From: Octopus vulgaris
Lineage: Eukaryota
DNA length: 64,000 bases
Direction of reading: 5' to 3'
Assembly: GCA_951406725.2 (NCBI GenBank)
Contig: OX597817.1
Span: 165,540,001-165,604,000 of the forward strand
The position numbers and the translations under genes were made by a program. Every line of letters begins with the position of its first letter. Position 1 is the stretch's first letter. Under the pieces are notes generated by a model that ran no database searches, was not told the DNA's origin, and saw only the letters and a list, made by a program, of their open reading frames with translations. This document shows, piece after piece, positions 13,858 through 26,809 of the stretch.

Positions 13858-15700
13858 CTAGCTTAAGGTGACCCGCTCTATGTGCGTGTGATGTTTTGCT
13901 TGTTGGACCAATTTATTAATGTAGCGTTGTTTTATTGTTTTAAAACGAAAGAGGCAATGCGTTTATTAAAAAAAAAAAAGACAAACGTCCGCCAATGGGA
14001 AGACAGTTCATATTCGATTAGAGCACTCTGGGTATAATCATAAAATTGAAAACTGGAATTTCGGTGGCGTATATTGTCGGGGACTCTAAATAAAAAATTT
14101 TTAACCTGCAGGAAGATAGTTTAAACCAAAAAAGGCAGACTGTAAACTCACAGCTGCAATAGTGTATGAAATTAGAATTCACACCCAGCTCAGTTTTGTA
14201 GAAAGAGTATCGCGACGTGAACGCATGAGTTGGGAGTTTGACTGACAGAGGTTATATGGTGACACATGCCAGTCCTTTTGACACCACCTAAACAATGGAA
14301 CAGTGTATAAAATGTAATTAACAACTCATTTATAATAAATAACGTCATATCTTATCAAGGGATACAAGTATGGTTTTTGCAACAGATACGGCATCTATGT
14401 TGTTAACCTGTATTTCGCGTCACTTCATTCTGATTCGCTATCATCTGCAATATTGTAGTTAAGGTTTTGTGAAGTAATGAATGGAGGCCTACAGTTTAAT
14501 TTAGGTTTAGTCTTTTTTAATCTTAGAAATTTAAAACGGTTTCTTCCTCTCACTTAGCATGCGGAATAAATTCTGTCTTCAGTTCCGTCAATATATATCA
14601 TTGCACTTTTCTGCTAATTCCTCGTGTGTTCCTGTTAAATACGAAACTCAGGAGTTTGTTTGCCACTGGTTCGCTTCTCTTTTTCTCTTCTTTTTCCAGT
14701 GCTTCACTCTCGTTGCGGATTGCGATCAAGGTTCGACCATCTGCCTCCTCCCGCTCGCCCTCACAAAAAAAAAAAACAGTAAAAGAGGCGCCAGCAAGTG
14801 CCCGGCTTGTCAGGCCTGTAGCTGCCCGTACATGCCGGTACGTTCCGCCGCACCGCCACCTGCTTTCCTTCGGGCCACAGAGTGGTGGTGCAGCACCAGG
14901 CGGAAACGAGTGTTTGCCGAGTAAAACGGTTTTCGATCCGACAGCCGTGCACCAACCTGATACGGACATAGGTATGGGTTAAGCGAGTGAGCTGGGTTTA
15001 TTGTTTCGAAAAGCATAGACAAGTTTGAAACTTTGAGAACTGTGGTACCAAATTTCAATTTGATAGCTAATTGTGATTATCATTTTGCATAAGCTTTAGA
15101 ATGGTGGCCAAAAGGCCTTTTGTTATTTGTTGCGAGTATTTACAACATGCTTTTAAATCCCATCGAGTTCACCTTTGCCATTCATCTTTCTGAAATCACA
15201 AGACAGTCAGTCGCCCGCTGACACTCATTGACGCTACATTGAAGAGGCCAGGGAACAGAAGAAAGAAGACATGCACCCAACACCAGAGCTGAAGATACCT
15301 CCGAAAGGTGGTGGTGGTGGGGGGGGGCACATCAAAACGGTAGAGGAGTAGGGGCCGAAACCAGATATGGTTCCTCCTGATGACGTCTTGAGCTAACTGG
15401 ATCCAATAAAGGAGCTGTTGTGGTAGCAGACCACGAAACACGGTTGAAATTCCATGTAACAGTCAAGTACAAATTTCGATATAACTGACTGATTCCGGCC
15501 CCCAAACTTCTGATCTTTGACCTAGTATGAAAAAGAAGCCGTAGTTTGACAGAGTCATTAGAATATTGAGCAGTATTTGTTCAACGTTTTAGGTTCTGAG
15601 TTCGAATGTTATCAAAGTCAGTTTTGCCTAATATGTTTCTGAAGATTCAATAGAATAAAATGCCAGTGAAGTACGGGGTTTGTATCATTAATTAATTAAC

Positions 15701-15775
<75 letters not shown>

Positions 15776-15892
15776 ACTCTCTCTCACCACACACTCACAC
15801 ACCCACACACACACACACACATATATATATACACAGACATATATACATATATATATATGTATATACATATATATACATATATATACACATAC

Positions 15893-15925
<33 letters not shown>

Positions 15926-15926
15926 G

Positions 15927-15967
<41 letters not shown>

Positions 15968-16169
15968 CATATAAGAGGGATGACCACTACGTGGACATCC
16001 ATTATGCTTGAAGTAGATCCACTATGTTCATACCACTAAGAAAGGAATGTAATATATATATATATATATATGAATAGTCTTTATATGAATATTCATTTTC
16101 ATACATGCAAACATTCTTTCACTCCCTCGTCTCACACACATCTATACACATACAAAAACAAACACACAG

Positions 16170-16209
<40 letters not shown>

Positions 16210-16588
16210 ACACACACAAACATGCATAGCTTAGACTGATGTCGCGAGGCAAATAAAAAAAAAAGACTACACATGATCAGACAGGGACAATCCAATGTTA
16301 GAAAGAGACCCATACACATCCATAGACCTACCTTATTTAAACTGCAGTTGTACAATTATGAAGCAGTACACTTCACCGCACTCGTTCTTTGCAGGGTATC
16401 TACAGTATTTAGCCCTTAGCACAGTTTGTAAAACCCCTCTGGGATCATGTCTTAATTGAGTTTAGCATGACATAGTAGGGGGTATGAAGTTGAAACTAAT
16501 AATAAATACAGAATGCTGGAGCCGAAATTTCACTGGCATTTGCTGAAGTTTCATCGTCATCATCATAATCATCATAATCATGATATTA

Positions 16589-16655
<67 letters not shown>

Positions 16656-16740
16656 GATTATTATTATTATGTTATTGTCTTAAGTTGAATCTACCTTGTA
16701 CAGGTTTAGGGATGCTATATATTAATGTGTGTGTGCGTGC

Positions 16741-16780
<40 letters not shown>

Positions 16781-16843
16781 TCATATATAAATCTTTAGTT
16801 AAATATATTCAATGAGAATATTATATACTGAATTTATATTGAG

Positions 16844-16954
16844 TGCTCTATTGTATCAAAGTATTAATACCATTAATGTATTTATATATTTAATATTAGC
16901 GATTATATATATATATATATATATTTGATAATATATTATGAAAAAATATTTATC

Positions 16955-16995
<41 letters not shown>

Positions 16996-17103
16996 GCTCT
17001 ATTGTATCAAAGTATTAATACCATTAATGTATTTATATATTTAATATGAGCGATTATATATATATATATATTTTTGATAATATATTATGAAAAATTATTT
17101 ATC

Positions 17104-17146
<43 letters not shown>

Positions 17147-17250
17147 TCTATTGTATCAAAGTATTAATACCATTAATGTATTTATATATTTAATATGAGC
17201 GATTATATATATATATATATTTGATAATATATTATAAAAAAATATTTATC

Positions 17251-17290
<40 letters not shown>
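16844..17290. repeat. ~150-bp minisatellite x3 with two variable (TA)n tracts per unit
   Basis: TGCTCTATTGTATCAAAGTATTAATACC starts at 16844, 16995 and 17144. Confidence 0.93.
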
Positions 17291-17292
<2 letters not shown>

Positions 17293-17350
17293 TGAATATA
17301 TAAATATATACGTGAATATATAAATATATACGTGAATGTATACATGTATG

Positions 17351-17410
<60 letters not shown>

Positions 17411-17859
17411 TATACATACATACATACATGTATATATTCACGTATATATTTATATATTCACACACGTGTAAATCACTATATGTACTGTGTGTGTCTTAAT
17501 TATGCTTATGTATGCATGTACACAGTGTGTTTCGTCAGATTTAACCCCTAACAGATTTCGATTTAAGGGTTTTGTAAGCCGATCGCTGTGACCGATGATC
17601 CTCCTTCAGCTTTCCATGCTGTGAGATCACATCCCCGATCTATGTGATTACAATGCAACTTCTTCACTGCACAGCTCTACGTGGACCCTTCAGTTTCTTT
17701 TTTCCAACATAACATTGTAATCAAACAGATGAGAAAAATTGCAAAGAAAGCAGGAACCAGCATGCACCATTGCTCGATTAGAATTTTCTTTTACGCATGA
17801 TATTAATGCGAGCTGTAAAGTGCGTATGATTTAGCAGAGGAGATTCACGAATTTAAGCG

Positions 17860-18306
17860 GGCTCTTTTCGGTTTGAACGGCAGTTTTTAACATAATTTCT
17901 AGGTAACTAAAAAATTTTAAACTTCGTATACTGGTAGAATGTGTTTATAAAACATTTTTTCTCTTGGCTTTATTGAGAAAATTCTATAGTTTGTAAGATA
18001 TTTGTTGTTTTTTTCCTTCAATTTCTGCAATTTCAACCAATCAAATACGTATATTGGGGTAAAAAAAACATTCTCTGCCGTATGAATATGTCCCTCGTAT
18101 AAGAAACAGATTGGGTTTATTTACATTTGTGAAGAAAAAAAGATACCCTTCCCCCCATCCTAACCCTAACCCCAACCCTAACCCTAACCCTAACCCTAAC
18201 CCTAAAACAGATTGAAATGCAATAGATCGATACTAGGGTCATAATTATGGGTGACAATTTCATATGACACCGCTAGAAAAAACTGCCGTTCAAACCGAAA
18301 AGATCC
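17860..18306. mobile_element. MITE with GG(A/C)TC termini and internal (CCCTAA)n; possibly Merlin-like
   Basis: ~28-bp TIRs GGCTCTTTTCGGTTTGAACGGCAGTTTTT / AAAAACTGCCGTTCAAACCGAAAAGATCC. Degenerate 8-bp TSD TTTAAGCG/TTTGAGCA. Confidence 0.85.
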
Positions 18307-18529
18307 TTTGAGCAGATACGTAAATCATCAAACAACATCATACAGGATTTGTTCGTGCTGCTGAACTTCTTTGATGGAGTCCAAATGCAATGGATATAGG
18401 AGAGTATTGTAGTTCGCTTGAAGCATTGTGTGTTGTTTGTAAAGAATAAAAAGTTTTGAATGGTACAACAATGCACTATAATGCAGACAATGGGCTATTT
18501 ACCTGTTGTAATTTAGTCATCTATAGTCT

Positions 18530-18569
18530 GAAATGATATTTCGGAATAATATTCCTTCTTCAGGTATTC
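18530..18569 (-). ncRNA. Minimal hammerhead (Penelope-type), core intact, stem I weakened
   Basis: Reverse complement reads GAATAC CTGAAGA A GGAAT-ATT-ATTCC GAAA TA TC ATTTC, with palindromic ATAT stem III. Confidence 0.7.
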
Positions 18570-19358
18570 TTAGATGGAGTCGCTGCTTTAATCGGTTTTC
18601 CAACGGCTTTTCTTTCTTGTTTTGTGGAAGCGTCTCAGCAGTTGTCTCACGATGTTCCTTCCGGAATTCCTCATGAGAAGTGTGTGAGGTCGGCCATGTC
18701 TCAGTCTTGTGTGTGCGGGTACATCCGTAGCGCTGCTTCTAAGTTACTTATTAAACGTGCAGCTTCCTTTATTTCCCTTCTGTTTTTTTTTTCCTCTTTT
18801 TTTTGTAATAAACATATGATGAGCATATTATCAATTGAGCTTAATTTTTTGTTTCATCAAGAAGGTGCCTACTTTAGAAGCTTCAGAAAGAAAGACTATT
18901 ATAACTTTTCCAGTCTTTGTACTAAGCTCCTGTCATATTTGTCAGTCTTTCGTTTCACTGCTTAATATTTGTACGAAATCAAGGCTTCGGTAGTTTCTTT
19001 CATATCCTGTCTCTTGAAGATACTTACAGTCAACTTGAGTTATATAATTAAACACACAAAAACCTCCCAAGATTTGTAACTTTAAAAGAATGTTACCTAA
19101 CAGGCGAACCTACTTCGATGTATCTGTTTATAATGCATATGTCTAACTTACGTTGTACATCTTAGATTCTCTATAGCCATGATCAATACTACATGATCAA
19201 TACTTGTTTGGAGGTCAAAAGAAATGGCTCAATAGTCAACTTAAGATCAGTTTGAAGAAAAGTGACATAAAGCCTTTAAAAGACTGCACCCAAAGCAAGG
19301 CAACTTAGTTGATTGAAATTTAGTCGCTTAGTCAAAATCAAACCTCTGGCCCACGAGC

Positions 19359-19660
19359 ATGGAGTCTTACCTCTGCTTTCTTCTAATACTTTACGGGCTT
19401 TTCGGCTTCGAGTCACCTCCACTTGAGTACACTCGACTGTCATATCTCAACTTCTCATCTTTACAATACCCATGCTATATGCAACATCCAGTCGCAGTGG
19501 TCGCAACCAAATTTTCTCACTGGTCCTTTATATCTAGAACATTGCCTCTCTGGAACTGACCCCCACCCCGCCTGCTCATACATTTTGTGCAGTTGTCGAC
19601 TTCCAACAGTTTCATTGGAACGTGAACATCAATGTCACTGGCTGCGGGCACTGTCCCTTC
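19359..19660 (+). pseudogene. Old CR1/Jockey-like LINE C-terminal fragment
   Basis: SFISRTLPLWN* followed by P..F..QQF resembles the SFxxRTxxLWNxLP terminal motif. Confidence 0.5.
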
Positions 19661-21172
19661 CTCTAGAATTCGGGAGTAAGCAATCAATATAATCAAAGTA
19701 AAGACTTCTCACTTGAAATATTGGGTTGTCGGATAAATCCGTTTTTTTTTTGTGTGTTGGACTTATGATCGTAAGATTGTGGTTTCGATTCCCGGACCGG
19801 AGGATGAGTTGTGTTCTTGGGTAAAACACTTCATTTTATGTTGCTCCAGTCCACCCAACAGGCAAAAGTGAATAATCCTGCGACGAACCGGTGTCCCGTC
19901 CAGGTGGGGGAATATATACGTCATTGAAACCAGGAAACCGGCCCTTATGAGTCTACAAGCTTAAAAGCCGGTCTGCCGGGCGGTTATTGAGCAAGCTCCT
20001 GTGGAGGGCACTTCATTAGTCTTGAGCTCAACAATGACACTTCATGCATTGAAATACATATTAAATTTTATTAAACTTGATCAATATTTGTCAAGCAATG
20101 AACAATTTTCATCAAAACAATGATATAATTTGACGATTTGGAACTTATTGCAAAGCTGCATGATAAACAACTGTACCACCACCATCGCCACCACATCTAC
20201 CATACTCACACAATTCAGACTTTTGACGCCACTACCATCAATACATTTGACTTCGCCGCCTTCCCCTGCACCACCATCACCACTGTCTTTCGCATCGTTT
20301 ACTCTCACCGTCATCCCTGACCGCTCAGCTACCGCAACCACCACCATCACTGCCGTCGCCTTCGCCTTTGTCTCAACTACGGTTCATACTATCACTATCA
20401 CCTCATTACCGTTCAGTATGTTAGTCCAATATGTTGGTTCAGTGTTCAGTTCCTCTTTCTCTCAAATAGCCACTCTCTCTCTCTTATTATTACTTCCACT
20501 GTTACCGTCAACACTACTACTTTTAATAAAACATCATCAACTCTCCCTAAATTTCTTTGTCTCTCTTTCTCTCCCCCCTCTCTCTCTTTCTTTCTGTCTG
20601 TCTTCGCCACCGCTATCACCAACTCTATGCCTACTATAACTCTTCCCCCCAACATGAACAATAGTAGAAGTAGAAGTGATGATGATGTTGATGATGATGA
20701 TGAGGATGATAATGATGATGATGATGATGATGATGATGTTGATGATAATGATGATATATATAAACAACGGGATTCCAGACAGTTTCCGCTTGGCAATTAA
20801 CTCAAAAGACTGTACCAGAAGACAATTGACCAAGGTGCTGTGGAACGGGACTGAACATGAAGCTACGTGGTTGCAAAACACACAGCTATGAGTGCGGCTA
20901 AAAACAAGAAAAAAAATAAAATAAAATAAAACACTCATCGGTTATTGTAATGTTTTCGCTTCTCATCGGATCTGATGTTTCCCATATGCAGAATTATCAG
21001 ACCACTGCGGCTGTTATTCTTCCCGTTCCCCAGCCCCCACTTCTTTTCTCTTTCACAAGAGAAGTTAATTTTTATTTGCTTCAGCAGTGCGAGTCTTGAA
21101 CATTATGATTTCAAGTAGCAGCGACAGGGTTTTTTTTTTTTCTTAAATAACAACTATTTCCGATATACACAC

Positions 21173-21205
<33 letters not shown>

Positions 21206-21249
21206 AACACACTCACACTCACACACACACACATATATACATACATACA

Positions 21250-21285
<36 letters not shown>

Positions 21286-21342
21286 TACATATATATACAT
21301 ATAAATATACATATACATATACATACATATACATGCATACAA

Positions 21343-21378
<36 letters not shown>

Positions 21379-21402
21379 CACGCATATATATACACATATG
21401 GA

Positions 21403-21440
<38 letters not shown>

Positions 21441-21508
21441 ATTATACATATATATATATATACACACATATATACATATATACATATATATACATATATA
21501 TGCATATA

Positions 21509-21580
<72 letters not shown>

Positions 21581-21685
21581 CATATAAATATAAATACTTA
21601 AATGTATGTATATATATGTATGTATGTATAGTATATATGTATATATGTGTATATATATATATATATATATTACACTTTGATCTTG

Positions 21686-21740
<55 letters not shown>

Positions 21741-22301
21741 CTACATACATACATATATAGACACCTTTTCTTTTTTTCTTTGACTATTTTGTTTTTTTAT
21801 TTCTCTTAGCAATTAGTTTCCCTACCCCTATTGTATAGACTCCATTATTGTAGTCACTTGCTAGTTGTTAATTGTTCCTTGTATTGTTATCTTTATATAT
21901 TTTCGTCATATTTCCCCCTCTTGTTTTAATTTTTTCTTTAGCATCATTCAATCGTATTTCTTTCCGTTTGTCTCCCCTTACTCTTTATTACCTCCACCTA
22001 CTTCTTCGACAAGTAGAAAGCTAGCATGGGGTAAATAAACTCTTGTTTTATTAGCGAATTTTCTAGTGTTCCATATAGTGTAACAGGAATTCATAATTTA
22101 TATGATAATTGATATTGTGAATAAGCCGTGATGTGTATAGGGAGGCGTAGAGGCTTTCAGAGACTTGCTTACCGCGAACTATATCAGTGGAACATAGAAC
22201 TTGTATGTGATGAGCCGAGGTCTCAATACCGTGTTCAATACACCTCACTTCGTTTACGTCATTAAGAGAATTTGGAAATGCATGTTTTACACAACGTCCC
22301 A

Positions 22302-22687
22302 GGATCTATTCCAGCTCAATCACATATTTTTTAACTAATGTTTATTTAATTAAACAGTTTGAAAGTTTGGACACTGGTAGAATTTCTCACGTAGAACACG
22401 GTTTACTCTGATAAAATTTCGTAGTCGTGGCCGATGCCAGTGCCGTTCTCTTCGATCACAATCGCAAACAGCTGTAGCTTTCTTCAACCGAATACACGTC
22501 GTTAATTGGTTGAAATTAACCAAATACATCTTTAACACGAAATAACTGCCAAAATACAAAATTTTGTCAAAGACATTCAGAGTAAATCGTGTTCTATGTG
22601 AGAAATCCTACCAGTATTCGAAGTTTCAACCTGTTTAGTTAAAAAAAAATTAATTAAAAAAATCTGTGACTGAGATGGAATAGATCC
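22302..22687. mobile_element. Foldback MITE with GGATC...GATCC termini
   Basis: >100-bp imperfect TIRs and 8-bp TSD ACGTCCCA/ACATCTCA. Shares the subterminal ACTGGTAGAAT motif with 17860-18306 and 54675-55081. Confidence 0.85.
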
Positions 22688-22754
22688 ACATCTCATTTCG
22701 CCTTTTCTAAAATCTATTTGACCAGGAAGCGTTAAATTATTGATTGAATCATTT

Positions 22755-23500
22755 ATCCTTTATTTGTTCCAGTCATTAGACTGTGACCATGCTGGGGCAT
22801 CGCCTTGAATGAATCGACCTCAGTACTTATTTTTTTAAAGCCCAAGATGTATTCTATCGGTGTCTTTTGCCGAACTCATAAGTTACGGAGACGTAAACAC
22901 ACCAACACCGGTCGTCAAGCAGTGGTGGGGTACAAACACAGACACAAAGGCACGTACACAGGCGATGAGTTTCTTTCAGTTTCTGTCTACGAAATCCACT
23001 TGCAAGGCTCGTGTCTATAGTAGAAGACACTTGCCCAAGGTGCTACGCAGAGGGACTGAACCCGGAACCATGTGCTTGGGAAATAAATTCCTTACCACAC
23101 AGCTATGCCTGCGTTTGTATCTTTTACTTGTTTCAGTAATTAGACTGCGGCCCTGTTGGGGCACCGCCTCGAAGGGTTTATTCTTAGAAATCGAAGAAAT
23201 GGACCCAAATATGTATTTCATTAATTTGGGAGTTCATTTTATCGGTTTCCCCTTTGCCGACCTGCTAACGTTACAGGAATGTAAACAAGCTGTGACCGGT
23301 TGTCAAGCGGTCAGATAAAAAAATACAAACATGCGCGCGCGCACACACACGCACACACACGACGGGCCTCTCAGCTTCCATGTAGCAAATCCAATTCTAG
23401 AATAGCTACGCCCCGGGGCTATTCTAGAAGACACACGCACAAGGTTGCCATGCAACAGAACTGAAATGCAAGTCGTGCAAGCTTCTTAATCACTTAGCCT
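22755..23500 (-). mobile_element. Two adjacent diverged SINE family A copies
   Basis: Tail and head motifs recur at ~22765 and ~23120. Confidence 0.75.
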
Positions 23501-23699
23501 TACTTTCTCCTTTCTCTTTTTCCTTTCCTTCATTTTTACAGATCGGGATAACATTTGAACACGGAACAGTTAGATCACAATGTAGATACTAGAAATTGCC
23601 CAGTGTAATTACCACTCCGCTACGCCAATCTCCAATCCACAAACTGCCAAACTTTTGTTAATGATCAACTTATTATTTCTTTACTTATATACTTATATA

Positions 23700-24102
23700 G
23701 GCGCAGGAGTGGCTGTGTGGTAAGTAGCTTGCTAACCAACCACATGGTTCCGGGTTCAGTCCCACTGCGTGGCATCTTGGGCAAGTGTCTTCTGCTATAG
23801 CCCCGGGCCGACCAATGCCTTGTGAGTGGATTTGGTAGACGGAAACTGAAAGAAGCCCGTCGTATATATATATATATACGTATGCGGGGGGTGTTTGTGT
23901 GTCTGTGTTTGTCCCCCTAGCATTGCTTGATAACCGATGCTCCCCGTCGCCTAGCGGTTCGGCATAAAAGACCGATAGAATAAGTACTGGGCTTACAAAG
24001 AATAAGTTCCGGGGTCGATTTGCTCGACTAAAGGAGGTGCTCCAGCATGGCCGCAGTCAAATGACTGAAACAAGTAAAAGAGAGTAAAAGAGAGTAAAGA
24101 GT
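23700..24102 (+). mobile_element. tRNA-headed SINE family A (representative copy)
   Basis: A box TGGCTGTGTGG, B box GGTTCAGTCCC, CORE-like CTTGGGCAAGT, central (TA)n/(TG)n and (GTAAAAGA)n tail. At least 20 copies or fragments in the window. Confidence 0.92.
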
Positions 24103-24121
24103 ATACATATATACATACTTA

Positions 24122-24337
24122 CGAGGGGATGCTGACACCTGGCTTTAAAGGTGTCGCGAAAGGCTTGGCTGGGGGCCCAATGTTCCGAGTTCATTTACTG
24201 GACTCAGAAAAACTGAAGGACTGCTGCAATAAGTGTGTGGATCTGAGAGGGGAATATGTTGAATAAAATCATAATTAACTGACCCGCCTGTATTTTCTCT
24301 TACCCAAAACCAGTAACCTTTCAGCCCCGCCCATTCG
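24122..24337 (+). mobile_element. Mariner-derived MITE (~215 bp); related copies at ~10870-11072 (-) and ~7232-7368 (-, partial)
   Basis: TA-CGAGGGGATGCTGA...TCAGCCCCGCCCATTCG-TA ends. Retains KCVDLRGEYVE* of a transposase C-terminus. Confidence 0.8.
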
Positions 24338-24393
24338 TAAATGTATGTTCGCGTACGTATTTATATGACCGATTTCAATATAGAAATATATGT

Positions 24394-24425
<32 letters not shown>

Positions 24426-24677
24426 GTATATATGTATGTATTTATGTATGTATGTATGTATGTATGTATGCATGTATGTATGTATGTATTTATATTATTA
24501 TTTAATTGAACGCCACGCAACCACTTCCAAGTAAGTTTATATATATATACACACACATACACACACGTATATATATACATACATACACACACATACATAC
24601 ATACATACATACATACATACATACATGCATACATACATACATACATACATACATACATACATACATACATACATACA

Positions 24678-24731
<54 letters not shown>

Positions 24732-25351
24732 CTTATGTTCATAATTTTCTCGGAACTCACTTTCCGGTTCCTTTTTTATATACTTTTTTTTCCCCCATTA
24801 TTAAACATATTGTACTTCACTTGTCATTAAATGTTTTCCAATAATACCATTTTTTTTCTCTCGCAGAATTACCAGAATATGATTCTATAAGAGATGAATG
24901 TGAACGAGTGCTACAAATAAAAACAAGAAGCGAAAAACAAACAAAAAAAAAGATATGGTAATGAAAGTCAAATCCACTTGAATGAATTAACGAAAGAAAA
25001 AAATACAAAAATATATAACGAGATAAATGCAAAGCTTATTCTGAATGGTTATGGAGACCAGTGTCAGAATGGAAGTGAAAAAAATTCTCTTTCTTAGTGA
25101 GAAGTGTAAAAACCTCGTGAGATCGTTTTTAGGTTAAAAGAAAAGGAAGAAAGAAAGAAAAGAAAAGAAGAGAAAAAAGAAAAAAAATCGCAGTATTCAA
25201 TGATATATATCTTAATGAAAATACAAATAGGCTTAACAATAACAATAAATAACAATTACAAATAATTATGGGAACAAGAAAAGCTTCCGAAAAGCGGAAG
25301 CTATAGAAAAATGGGTAATAAAATCAGCTACAAGCATAAGAAAAAAATAAT

Positions 25352-25767
25352 TCTCTTTTACTCTTTTCTCTTTTCTCTTTTACTTGTTTCAGTCATTTGA
25401 CTGCGGCCATGCTGGAGCACCGCCTTTAGTCGAGCAAATCGACCCCGGGACTTATTCTTTGTAAGCCCAGTACTTATTCTATCGGATCTCTTTTTGCCGA
25501 AGCGCTAAGTGACGGGGACGTAAACACACCAGCATCGGTTGTCAAGCAATGCTAGGGGGACAAACACAGACACACAAACACACACACTCATACATATATA
25601 TATATACATATATACGACAGGCTTCTTTCAGTTTCCGTCTACCAAATCCACTCACAAGGCATTGGTCGGCCCGGGGCTATAGCAGAAGACACTTTCCCAA
25701 GATGCCACGCAGTGGGACTGAACCTGGAACCATGTGGTTGGTTAGCAAGCTACTTACCACACAGCCA
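25352..25767 (-). mobile_element. SINE family A
   Basis: Near full-length match. Confidence 0.92.
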
Positions 25768-26321
25768 ATGAAGAATATATATAAAAAAAAACAAGAAGAA
25801 AAAGAAAAGAAAATAGAAGGGAGCAAAGGAAAAAAGAAAAACATGATATTAATTCATGGGTTGTAACCAAACAGTAGCATAGTCATGCTTCATACATTAA
25901 GGTAGGTTTGACCGTGAATATCTGATCGCTGTTGTCTTCCGTCATCGGAGAACAACACCTGCCTTTTTATTATATGTGTTTAAAACATACAATTCACTGG
26001 TGCAAGGGAACTTTGGGACACTGTGTTGTTTTGACTTCGTTGTGCGTCTCCTCAATCAAAATAACTCTGCCGAACCAACGACTCCGACAAGTGCGCGTGA
26101 TCATGTTTATAGAAATCAATAAACAAATTATTTGAAGATACGTGCTGGCATAGCGTTAACTGAAGAGACACACAACGAGTTCAAAAGACTATGGTTTCTC
26201 ACAGTCCCCTTATAACGGCGGATCGCATGTAGTATGAAGGCACATCGTCTGAGTGGAGTCTGTGTTCTCCGATGACGCAAAACACCAAAGATCTGACATT
26301 CATGTTCGAATCTGCCATAAC

Positions 26322-26626
26322 GTTTGTTTGCTCCTTCTCGAGCCACGCCTGGCTCAATAGGGCCGGTTTCTCGGTTTCCTGGCGTATAGGTTCCCCACCT
26401 GGACGGGACGCCAGTCCGTTGCGGGTGAGCTGCAAGATGCAGGAGGAAAGAGTGAGAGAAAGTTGTGGCGAAAGAGTCAGCAGAATTTCGCCATTACCTT
26501 CTGCCGGAGCCGCATGGTGCTTAGGTGTTTCGCTCATAAACACACACATCGCCCGGTCTGAGATTCGAACCCGCGATCCCCCGACCGCGAGTCCGCTGCT
26601 CCAACCACTAGGCCATGTGCCTCCAC
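26322..26626 (-). mobile_element. SINE family B, alternative tail (sister copy 48368-48660, +)
   Basis: Same head and central domain, tail GGACTGGCGTCCCGTCCAGG..GAAACCGG. Confidence 0.88.
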
Positions 26627-26809
26627 ATGTGTCATAACGTGCCACTTATTAAAAATGAATAGACACGTTGCTGAAAGATGCTATCTTACTAGTATAAAAC
26701 AAAACTTTAGAGGTAAGGTACCTGATCGCTTAACTTTTTAAAAATAGTAGAGTTATGAAAAAGAAAAACACAACAGAAGGTAACTTATTACGCCCTATTG
26801 TCTATTTTT

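Noticed and set aside
14559-15058. Overlapping GC-rich ORFs
   Set aside because: No recognisable motif in any frame. Probably the interior of a repeat.
24867-24957. Possible 91-bp exon (polypyrimidine-CAG ... G|GTAATG; ELPEYDSIRDECERVLQIK)
   Set aside because: No recognisable domain or partner exons, and it runs into an A-rich tract. RNA-seq would be needed.
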